From positions 1-18,476 of the forward strand of contig NW_021824460.1 in NCBI RefSeq assembly GCF_006345805.1: 18,476 nucleotides of DNA, written 5' to 3'. Both the position numbers and the translations under genes were made by a program. Below are positions 1 to 9,243 of this stretch, in pieces. Every line of letters starts with the position of its first letter. The first letter of the stretch is position 1. Source of the stretch: Octopus sinensis (lineage: Eukaryota). Under the pieces are notes generated by a model. That model was given only the letters and a program-made list of their open reading frames with translations, was not told where the DNA came from and made no database searches.

Positions 1-125
1 TGTATCTATATGTATATTTGTGCATCTGTATGTACGTATCCGCATATTTATGTGTTTGCATGTCCGTTGTTTGTGTATTTTCTATGTATGTGTGTATGTG
101 CATGTGTTTGTATATGTATGCATAT
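1..125. repeat. Degenerate (TG/TA)-rich low-complexity microsatellite
   Basis: Mixed tgta/tgtg/tata units; gives rise to the spurious MCICMY... ORFs. Confidence 0.85.
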
Positions 126-170
126 ATAAGACACAAAAAGAAAATGACTCTCCCCAGACAAAACAGAATA
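126..170. mobile_element. Solo terminal segment of the palindromic MITE found at the window end
   Basis: Reverse complement (tattctgttttgtctggggagagtcattttctttttgtgtcttat) matches 18272-18316 with about 3 mismatches; 126-147 is identical to 18455-18476. Confidence 0.8.
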
Positions 171-249
171 TGCTTCAAACCACGAACTCATATAAGGAAT
201 CTTGCAAACCAAATCCAAAAACGAAATATGTACATTTGATCATCGGAGT

Positions 250-690
250 TTAATCTCCTTCGAAGTAGGCCCTTTCTGAAATCGTACACTTCATCCAGCG
301 TTGTTGGAACTTCTTCTCAGGTGATAGAGAGTAGCTGCCTCATCACATTCTTCGAGTGGCTTTCTTCGACATCTTGAAATCTTTACCTTTCAAGTGGGAT
401 TTAATTTTTGGAAGTAAGAAAAAGAGAAAAGTGCAGATATCACCAAGCTTTTGGTAAATTTGATGCAGAATCTCTTCTAATTTTTGCTGTCACATGGTCA
501 TTGATAGAACCTCTGTGGTGTGGCGAGACGACCACACTCTACACACCTTACTTGCAAACACTGCTATTAACAACGGAAGTGAGCGAGAACGTTATAACTT
601 AGTGTGCATGCGCGACAGAGTTCAAGATTAATCTATGCGTACTCTAGTTTCATTATCATAGATACAATCCCGATTTTTTTCTTTCATACA
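250..690 (-). mobile_element. Internally deleted, non-autonomous mariner (transposase N- and C-termini only)
   Basis: Manual minus-strand translation with frameshifts gives a C-terminus PKIKSHLKGK/FQDVEE...QQRWMKCTISERAYFEGD* (stop 250-252) and an N-terminus M-TAKLEE-FCIKF-QKLGDIC (ATG 495). Both resemble mariner termini (YFEGD*; IKFC-KLG). Outer boundary near 690 is uncertain. Confidence 0.7.
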
Positions 691-845
691 TCTGCTAGTG
701 CACCTATTTACATATTGATAAACTGGTTGTCTCAAAGTTTGTGAGTGTGTATATTCCTTGTTACACGGATAGATAAAATCAGACAGAACAACGTTTATAT
801 AAACACCCACACATGTTTGTTTTATTATTATATATATAAATATTT

Positions 846-1062
846 AAGGTTGCGAGCTGACTGAATTCTTAAATACCGGGCAAAATGCTTAGCGGCATTT
901 CGTCCGTCTCTACGTTCTGAGTTCAAGCACTGCCAAGGTCTACTTTGCCTTTAATCGTTTCGGGATCTATAAATTAAGTATCAGTCGAGTACTGGGGTCG
1001 ATATAACCGACTTACCACTTACCCCCAAATTTCAGGCCCTGTGTCTATAGCAGAAAGGATTA
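846..1062 (+). mobile_element. tRNA-derived SINE, family 1, copy a
   Basis: Head aaggttgcgagctgactgaattc, B-box-like gagttcaag, central gcctttaatcgtttcgggatctataaattaagtatcag; colinear with copies at 1076, 4284-4432 and 13755. Confidence 0.8.
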
Positions 1063-1075
1063 TATATATATGCTT

Positions 1076-1288
1076 AAGGCAGAGATTTGGCAGAATCGTT
1101 AACATATTGGGCAAAATTCTTAGCGGCCTTTCTTCCAACTCTTCGCGTCCTGGGTTCAAATTCCGCCGAGGACGACTTTTCCTTTCATCCTTTCGTGGCG
1201 GATAAAATAAGTGCAAGTTGAGCACCGGGTTCGATGTAATCAACTAACTCCCACCCATGAAATTGCTGGCTTTGTGCCAAAATTTGAG
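1076..1288 (+). mobile_element. tRNA-derived SINE, family 1, copy b (tandem with copy a)
   Basis: A-box-like tggcagaatcgtt, B-box gggttcaaattcc, core cctttcatcctttcgtggcggataaaataagt. Confidence 0.8.
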
Positions 1289-1696
1289 GCTATCATGCAT
1301 ACGCTTATGTATATATCTATATCGATATATGCGCATGAAGCATCCTTAGATTGAATTACCGGTATGCATAACAGTACTAGCGATATTTTGATTTAGAGAA
1401 GCAACGCAAAGTGATTTGTATGTCAGCTCAGGAAGATGGTGGATGGCCAGATATTGTTTTCAACATGATTTAGTAATGAAGAGAGAGTGAGAGAGATACA
1501 AAACTTATTTGTTAGAATATCATTATTTGTTTTTTGTTACGTAAATTAGAATGTTTCTAAAGAGTTACGATAGAGTAAGGAGCAAAGAAATAAGCATACG
1601 TAGTAATAAAGCGATGAACAGATTTTAGTAAAAGGGAATATTTAACAAAATTCTCATGAAATAATATGTAACTAACTATAGAGCCTTTTACGGATA

Positions 1697-1726
1697 TAGA
1701 TAGATACATACATACATACATACATG

Positions 1727-1772
<46 letters not shown>

Positions 1773-1790
1773 CAGATAGATAGATAGATT

Positions 1791-1850
<60 letters not shown>

Positions 1851-1949
1851 AATAGTTATATAGATAGATATATACCTACATACATACGTACTTGGATAGA
1901 TAGGTAGATAGATAGATAGATAGATAGATAGACAGAGAGACAGACTGAC

Positions 1950-2014
<65 letters not shown>
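1697..2014. repeat. (GATA)n tetranucleotide array with GACA/CATA/GGTA variants
   Basis: Directly visible; source of the IYLS-repeat ORF. Confidence 0.97.
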
Positions 2015-3975
2015 TGTTTCTTTATTAGCCACACAGGGCTGCACACAGATAGAACAAATTACAAGGTAGAGCTTTTCTTTTGAAGGTTTAAAAAAAAAAA
2101 AAGGAAGGGGGGAGTTTCGATCAAAAGGATCGTAAAAGGAGAGAAAGAGGACAAAAAAAGGGGGGTTAAAAAAAAAAGGGGAGAGGAAAAAAAAAAAAAT
2201 TGATCAATAGGGATCGTTATCACAGAAATGTCAATATGAAGTGTAAAGGGGAGGACAGGTGAGGTTTACCCGTGGAAAGAAAAGCCTACGGAAAAGACCA
2301 CGGTAACCTCGGTCAATGAAGTCACATTTTATATTTCTTTTTTTTTTTTTTTTTGCAAATAAGCAACTCTCTGTTTTCGATTTCTGGGTTCATAGGACTA
2401 TTTCAAGGTGGCTTCGTCATTCATACGTGCCATTCTTGCTACATTCACCCATCTTTTTTTAAAACATTCGCTAGACAAACTTGCCTCTCTACTCTCACTT
2501 TCCTTTTCAAGTGGTACTTGAAGAAGTTGATGAGAGATTGACCAGAGAGGAAAGTGTTTGTCTCCAATCCTTTCAGACGCGTCCACCAGATACATTCTTT
2601 CGCCATAGCCACAAGGATGATGAAAATAGCTCTTCCTTCCCGTTTGAAGGAAGGAGGCGTGACAATATTGACGATAGACTCAGCTGATAAACCGACTCGT
2701 CCCACACGTGACAGCAGTTGTTCGACATAAGCCCACAGGTCGGAAATTGTTGGACACTGAACGAGTGAGTGCAGAACGGTTTCGTCGCTCTGACCGCATC
2801 TCGGGCAGGTCGGCCCCGTGTTTCTCGAGCCGTGTCTGTAGAGCTTATCCCGAACGTGTAGCGCTTCTCGGTAGCACTGCCAGGCCAGGGATCTCTGGAA
2901 GTTGTCCATGGGCCCTGGCCCGAAAGTCGTCCCGAACAGGCGGGTCAGGTACTCCTCGTCGACGTCCAGGTTCGCCCCGAGCTCGTCGTCGTACCTCCCC
3001 TCCACTAAACCCCTATAGAATGCTTTGGTTGTGTTGAAGTCACTTAAGGTCGACCCAGGACGGCAGAGTTGCTTGAGAGCAACGCGACACTCGCGGTGCC
3101 ATTCGCCCTTCCTCGGCCTCTTTTTGATCCACGACTGCAGTTCGGTCATGGAGACGAGATGCGGGAAAGCGTGCCTCACAAACGGCGACCACACCTGTTC
3201 ACCGTCGTCTACATAGAGCCAGAGATGTCGCAGTCTCAGCGCGTGTCTGCGCATCATCAACCACGGCTGCCCAGCCCTCCTTTTAAACGGGTGTTGACAG
3301 CAAATGGATCGCCTGACCATCGGGACGCATCCTTTCTACAAGAAGCGAAAGAGGAGGCTTCTAGTTTGTGATGGTAAGTCGGGACAAGGTACGACGGTCA
3401 GGCGGTAGTAGATGACGGACGCGATGTACGTGTTCGCCAACTCCGCTCGACCTTTTAGGGACAGTTTCCTCTCGGCCCATTGCCGGGCGAGAGTGACCAC
3501 CCTACTCGTTATATCGTTCCAGTTCTTCTCCACTTGGAGGTCCGGACCAAACCAGACCCCGAGCAACTCAACCGGGCCGTCGGTCCAGCGTCCCACGACG
3601 GAGGCGCTGGTGGACGGCATGGGCTTGCTTCTCCAGGTGCCTAGTCGCAAGCCCACTGACTTTTCCCGGTTGATTTTCGCTCCTGTCACCGCTTCGTAGT
3701 TTTTCAGTGTCTCGCCGACCAGCTCGATGTGCTCGTGGCTAGACACTATGACGGTGACGTCGTCCGCGTATGCAGACACGCTCGTCCCGCATCCCAATTC
3801 TCGCGGGATGCCCCTTAGAGTCGCCAGCTTCCGCAGTAGTGGCTCAAGAGTCAATACGTATAGAAGCGCCGAGAGGGGGCATCCCTGACGGACCGAACGT
3901 GCAATGTCGAAAGGTCTCGATAGATGTCCATTTACGCGAATTACCGAACGGATGCCTCTGTACAAGGCAGCTATA
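2015..3975 (-). mobile_element. 5'-truncated L1/Tx1-clade non-LTR retrotransposon (ORF2 3' half plus 3' UTR)
   Basis: RT motifs SVRQGCPLSALLY and SAYADDVTV; C-terminal knuckle CPRCGQSDETVLHSLVQC; 3' UTR with AATAAA (plus 2021-2026) just before the (TATC)n tract. Confidence 0.93.
2398..3975 (-). pseudogene. Disrupted Tx1-like ORF2 (reverse transcriptase plus CCHC)
   Basis: ORFs 3336-3965 and 2445-3320 are in frame, separated by one TAG (3336-3338, probably TGG). A 1-nt frameshift near 2480 moves the C-terminus (SSECFKKRWVNVARMARMNDEATLK*) into the 2398-2595 frame. Confidence 0.88.
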
Positions 3976-4125
3976 GATAGATGGATAGAGAGAGAGAGTC
4001 AAACAGATAAAGAGAGGTGGATAGTTTAAATAGGAAGTGAGTTTTACTTAGGAAAATCTCTATGTATGTTATTTTCACAATGTAGATCTATTGTTTGCGA
4101 TGTTCAAAGTTTCTAAATGTACCCT

Positions 4126-4169
4126 ATAATAATAATGATAATGATGATGATGATGATGATGATGATGAT
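4126..4169. repeat. (TAA)3-(TGA)n microsatellite / SINE tail
   Basis: Directly visible; a matching (TGA)n lies at 4437-4462. Confidence 0.9.
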
Positions 4170-4432
4170 GCCCTGATGCAGTACTAGGCAGTGACTTACG
4201 TGGTTCCTGGTCTTAACCGACTGGAAGTGTTATCGTGTACATTTTTTTGTCTTGTTATAAAAGATGGGCTACAGCAAATATTTTGCGTAACTGGTACTTA
4301 ATTTATCGACCCCGAAAGGATGAAAAGCAAAGACGATCTCAGTGGAATTTGAGCTCAGAACGTAGCGCAGACGAAGTACCGCAAAGCATTTCGCCCGGCG
4401 TGCTAACGTTTCTGCCAGCCCCTCGCCGCCTT
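4170..4432 (-). mobile_element. Chimeric SINE: family-1 head and core (4432-4284) fused to the terminal ~115 bp of the 0.6-kb repeat (4286-4170)
   Basis: Minus strand reads aaggcggcgaggggctggcagaaacgttagcac...cggggtcgataaattaagtaccagttacgca then aaatatttgctgtagcccatc...gtactgcatcagggca(tca)n; the latter matches 7687-7803 and 7976-8090. Confidence 0.85.
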
Positions 4433-5088
4433 GAAAATGATGATGATAATGATGATGATGATTTTTATTTGGCATTGCATTCATAAAGAGGATTGTGGTG
4501 ATGTGTTACAATCACCAGTGTTTTTATTGATACATCATGTCAAGTGTGATGCCACCTCTCCTGGAGTAGATTTACTCCCAGGAAGAAGTTCTCAGCCGTT
4601 TTTGTCTCGAGGCATTCATTACTATTATTACTGCAATCCGAATCGTTAATGTCTCCATTTGTAGTACTAAATAGCAAGAAAAATTCACAATTCTCACAGA
4701 GAAATTTCCAGGGAAAGCTACTCTCTCTACTACTCTTCTTCATTGCGTCAATTCCTCTGACAACTATACTGAGAAAATCCAGGCCTGTCTATGGGATTCT
4801 GGCTACGTTGAGTTAAGACACTTCATAACTTCGTTTAATTTCGCAAATTGTGTTCGAACGCGGCGGAATATGACAGTAAGCATTTTTGCGAAACTTTTGG
4901 TACTGACATAAACTTACATTTCGACAGTATTCTCCTTTAGGTTGGTTAAATAATGTTTTAATTTTAATTTTACTTATAATCCCTCTCACGCATGTTGTTT
5001 ATAACTTGTTTTATTCTTACTCCTTGGAGCACTCCAGTTCACAATATATGCGTAATTTTGTCCATTAACTTTTTACAAGGTGTGAGAG

Positions 5089-5114
5089 AAGGGAAGAGAG
5101 AGAGAGAGAGAGAG
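5089..5114. repeat. (GA)n microsatellite
   Basis: Directly visible. Confidence 0.9.
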
Positions 5115-5239
5115 ACTATTTGAGAGAATGAGATGCAGAGAGAAGGAAAAGAAAAAGAAGAAAGTAGAGAACGAGAATGTTCTTTTTATCAAATTGAATT
5201 TTAATTTATTTTATTTTATGACCAGCAATAATAATAAAC

Positions 5240-5460
5240 CTGCTAATCAATAAGATTACGACGCGCCCGATCACGTGATATGACCAAACGTTCAGTCATG
5301 CCAACACATTATGCAAATGAACAAAATCGATCCAATCAGTTGCATTGTATGTATGACATCAACTTGAATTAATCTTCGCATTTAATTAATACAGATATCT
5401 CCACGAAATAGCTTACAAATTGCCCTTCGATGAAAGCCCCTAATTGATATCTTGATTGTT
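5240..5460. promoter_or_regulatory. Candidate cis-regulatory module
   Basis: ATCACGTGAT (5270-5279), ATGCAAAT octamer (5311-5318), CCAATCAG (5332-5339), TGACATCA (5354-5361), TAATTA/TAATTG sites, local CpG cluster; no homology to the window's repeats seen. Confidence 0.3.
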
Positions 5461-5519
5461 TAATAACTCTTTGTTTCATAAGAATGCCCCCAACATATCT
5501 TTCTCATAAACGTAGCTGC

Positions 5520-5572
5520 TACACACACCCTAGCAACACACACACACACGCACGTGTGTGTGTGTATGTGTG

Positions 5573-5603
<31 letters not shown>
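5520..5603. repeat. Inverted (CA)n/(TG)n microsatellite centred on cacgtg
   Basis: (CA)n to 5550, cacgtg at 5551-5556, then (TG)n. Confidence 0.9.
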
Positions 5604-5610
<7 letters not shown>

Positions 5611-5689
5611 CTCAATGTGAAAATAAGATAATTGGCATTAATACGCTAGTTGTCTCAGTTATAGTTATTGTTATAATTTTATTAAGGGG

Positions 5690-6897
5690 AGACTAATGAA
5701 CTAGCAAAACTAGACAGGAAAACCAGAAAAATACTGACGAAATTTAAAATACACTACCTAAAATCTGACATGCAAAGGTTATTATCCAACGAATTGAAGG
5801 TGATAGAGGCCTTACAGAATTAGAAAACTACTATAAAATATCCACCATAAGACTACAGAAATGTCTAACTCAGAACCAAAGAAAACTGACACAAATAGTC
5901 ATAAAACACGAGCAAAACAAAAAAAAACCTGTTTCTGTCATCAAGGAAGCCAAATAATTCAAGAGGTCATAATACTTGACAGCTGTAAAGCAAAAGAAGA
6001 AACAATAAAAACTGTAAAGCAACTGAGATATATTCTAAAACTCGAGCTACATAATACTATGCATGATAAAACGATGGCAAGGGAGGTTCTTACATGGCAA
6101 ATAATGGGATAGGAGAAACAGAAAAGAAATAGACAAAGGAAAAATCACAGCAAATGTTGAGAAGTGCAGGACTCAAAAAAAGAGACTTTGATGGCGACAC
6201 AAGATCACATCCTACTCTCCAGAAGCAACCAAAAACACATAATGAAGAAAAATACAAGTAACTGCAGAATACGTGATGAGGCGGAGGAAACGGTAAATCA
6301 TATTTCTTTGGTTGTCCAGTCTTTTCTAAGAAGGAATACATCCACAGATATGACAGGAGTTGTGGCCTGTCTATACTGGAAGCTATGCCAACACTTTGGC
6401 ACATCCCAGGAAAGGTCTCAGAAAAATGACAAAGCTACCATACTATGGGATATGTCAATTCACACAGAGATCAAGGCTAATAGGCCAGATATTGCAGTGA
6501 TGGCTCACCAAGAATAAAATACATTCTGATCGATATATTAGTCACAACAGCTGACAAAATATTTCTAAAAAGAGAAACACTCGAAATACGAAGATCTGCA
6601 AATAGAGATAAGCCGAATGTAGAGGCTGAAAACAGAAACAATCACTATAATAATAGGTGTATTTGGCATGGAAAGGAAACATGCAGACTAATACATAACT
6701 AAAACACCAGGACTGTATGAATGTATATAACATACATAAAATAGCAAAGCTAGGTGCTGCACACATCTTGTGTGAAGCACTTTTAATATAGTAAAAATAA
6801 TAACACCAAAGCAAACTGCAGCACATACCCAGAGCATACAGAGCTGTGTTCAGAAGTACAGTGATAGCACACAATAAAAATAAAACTACGGAATAAC
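5690..6897 (+). mobile_element. R4/Dong-like RLE non-LTR retrotransposon, copy A (5'-truncated, heavily mutated)
   Basis: ELAKLDRKTRK...KSDMQRL-IQRIEGDRGL (post-RT); ATQDHIL...CRIRDEAEETVNH (degenerate knuckle); ILWDMSIHTEIKANRPDI; KYEDLQIEISRM (RLE); 3' end runs into (TAA)n. Confidence 0.85.
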
Positions 6898-6899
6898 TG

Positions 6900-6933
<34 letters not shown>

Positions 6934-7471
6934 TAATAAAAATAAAAATGATGATGATAATAATAATAATCATAATAATGATAATAATAATAATAATAAC
7001 AATAACAACAACAACAACAACAATAACAACAATAACAACAATAATAACAATAACAACAACAACAACAACAACAATAACAACAATAACAACAATAATAACA
7101 ATAATAACAACAACAACAACAATAATAATAACAACAACAAAAACAACATCAACAACAACAACAATAACAACAATAACAACAACAATAACAATAACAACAC
7201 TAGCAATAACAATAATAACAATAATAACAATAATAACAATAATAACAATAACAACAATAACAATAATAACAATAACAATAATAACAATAATAACAATAAT
7301 AACAATAATAACAATAACAACAATAACAATAATAACAATAACAATAATAACAATAATAACAATAATAATAACAACAATAACAATAATAACAATAATAACA
7401 ATAATAACAATAATAACAATAACAACAACAATAATAATAATAATAATAACAATAACAATAACAATAACAAT

Positions 7472-7502
<31 letters not shown>

Positions 7503-7532
7503 GTAATAGTAGTAGTAGTAGTAGTAGTAGTA

Positions 7533-7571
<39 letters not shown>

Positions 7572-7686
7572 ATAATGATAATAATAATAATAATAATAAA
7601 AAATAATAATAATATTATTAATAATAATTATAATGATAATAATGATGATGATGATGATGACGATGATGATGATGATAATAATGAAT
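6898..7686. repeat. Compound trinucleotide array (TAA)-(CAA/TAA)-(TAG)-(TAA)-(TGA) with a 9-bp higher-order unit
   Basis: About 790 bp, mostly in one 3-nt phase; acaataata unit at about 7209-7410; (TAG)n about 7500-7570. Confidence 0.97.
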
Positions 7687-7975
7687 GCCCTGATCCAGTA
7701 CCAGGCAGTGGCTCTCTTGACTGCTGATCTTAAGTGATTGGAAGTGTTATGATGTACATTGTTTTGTCTTGGTATAAAAGATGGGCTACAGCAAATATTC
7801 TGCTCAATACCACAGATTTGCTTGTCAGTTGTTTGACCATAACCAGTTGAGCATGTCCCTTAGTGGCTGACGATATGTGCGTCTCTGATCACGAGCAGAA
7901 GTAGTGGGAGAGCATCATAGCCATGTGTTGAGAGGGATTCTTTGGGGCTTGAATAATTCACCTTTCGAAACAATG
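7687..7975 (-). mobile_element. Unclassified ~0.6-kb non-coding interspersed repeat, copy 1 (partial)
   Basis: Colinear with 7976-8270 and, in reverse complement, with 13400-13570; ends ...cagggca next to microsatellite. Confidence 0.85.
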
Positions 7976-8450
7976 GCCTGATGCAGTACCAGGCAGTGGC
8001 TCTCATGGCTTCTGATCTTAACCGATTGGAAGTGTTATCATGTACATTGTTTTGTCTTGGTATAAAAGATGGGCTACAGCAAATATTCTGCTCAATACCA
8101 CAGATTTGCTTGTCAGTTGTTCGACCTTAACCAGTTGAGTATGTCTCTTAGTGGCTGACGATGTGTGCATCTCTGATCACGAGCAGAAGTAGTGGGGGAG
8201 CATCATAGCCATGTGTTGAGAGGGATTCTTTGGGGTTTGAATAGTTCACCTCTGGAAACATGGGTGTTTCGTTCAATATCCTTAAACAACCTTTATTCAG
8301 GGACCTTTTGAGCGGGATGGGCTACTCAACCTGAAGAAAATTCTAACTGGGCCCCACCTGCAAGGTTATGCGCTGTTTATCTTGATATGAGATCACCATG
8401 TCACGCACATATGGTTGTGATGCATGTGCCTGGTGTACCTTTATCAGACG
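7976..8450 (-). mobile_element. Unclassified ~0.6-kb repeat, copy 2 (lacks ~75 bp of the gtgagagag end)
   Basis: Reverse complement matches 13196-13570; no ORF or Pol III boxes seen. Confidence 0.85.
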
Positions 8451-8951
8451 CTTCTTTTTCCTTCGGTTGTCTTCAGTTATAGCTTTATTGGTTAGTAACT
8501 GATCATTATGTGTCATTGCAGCATTCCTTTTGCTCTTTTGCAAATAAGTTGTTTTCTTCCAGATGTTTGCCCAAACTCTGCGATATTATTGTAGTAAAGG
8601 CTTTGTAAATTGAAGGGAGACCAGATATCAGTATGTAGTTTTGTGGGTTTGACGTTCCCGTGGCTTTGCGAATTAGGATAGTTTTTTTTCTTTCTGTGAG
8701 CCATGTTGTCTCTGGCTCTACGGGTATCTCATTGAATTTCTCGGACAGCATTTTAAATATTCTTGTTAGATATACTTAACCAGAAATTGGGGATCTTTTC
8801 TTGCTCGGGGGCTTTTCAGCTGCATAGTTTCTTTCCAGTGTCTGGATGACCTCTTTCATTGTTATAGGAGTCCAGAATTGTTCAGGTGTTGTTTGTTATT
8901 TTCATGGAGTGTTCCTTTGCCGACCATATTATTTTCCAAAATTCTTCCACT
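8451..8951 (-). mobile_element. R4/Dong-like retrotransposon internal fragment B (N-terminal RT region)
   Basis: VEEFWKIIW...TWLT...TILIRK...NPQNY...GLPSIYKAFTTIISQSLGKHLEENNLFAKEQKEC...DQLLTNKAITED; 5' side abuts (AAT)n. Confidence 0.8.
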
Positions 8952-8952
8952 A

Positions 8953-9040
<88 letters not shown>

Positions 9041-9043
9041 TTG

Positions 9044-9075
<32 letters not shown>

Positions 9076-9123
9076 TTATTATTATTACTACTACTACTAC
9101 TACTACTACTACTATTATTATTA

Positions 9124-9164
<41 letters not shown>

Positions 9165-9167
9165 GTA

Positions 9168-9208
<41 letters not shown>

Positions 9209-9243
9209 TTATCACTTATTATTATATTATTATTATTATTATT
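8952..9243. repeat. Compound (ATT)n-(GTT)n-(ACT)n array
   Basis: Directly visible; reads (TAA)/(CAA)/(TAG) on the minus strand. Confidence 0.97.

Noticed and set aside
2353-3976. Plus-strand ORFs overlapping the Tx1 element
   Set aside because: Antisense shadows of a GC-rich coding sequence with no recognisable motifs.
4463-4880. Possible exon or ancient LINE remnant (55-80 codon open frames, ca|gtaagc donor)
   Set aside because: No frame connects a good acceptor to the donor without a stop, and the faint RTE-like resemblance needs several assumed frameshifts.
6898-7686. Array blocks TAA, TAG and TGA are the three stop codons
   Set aside because: They are simply single-step mutational or phase neighbours of TAA; CAA is equally present.
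6542-7727. Long poly-Ile/Thr/Leu ORFs (265, 166 and 143 aa)
   Set aside because: They are stop-free frames of trinucleotide microsatellite. The same applies to ORFs at 8878-9269 and 12860-13145 and to the CV/IYLS-repeat ORFs.
7687-7730. HDV-like ribozyme at the gccctga end of the 0.6-kb repeat
   Set aside because: A P1-like pairing (gccctga/tcatggc) appears in only one copy, and there is no P3/L3 or P1.1.
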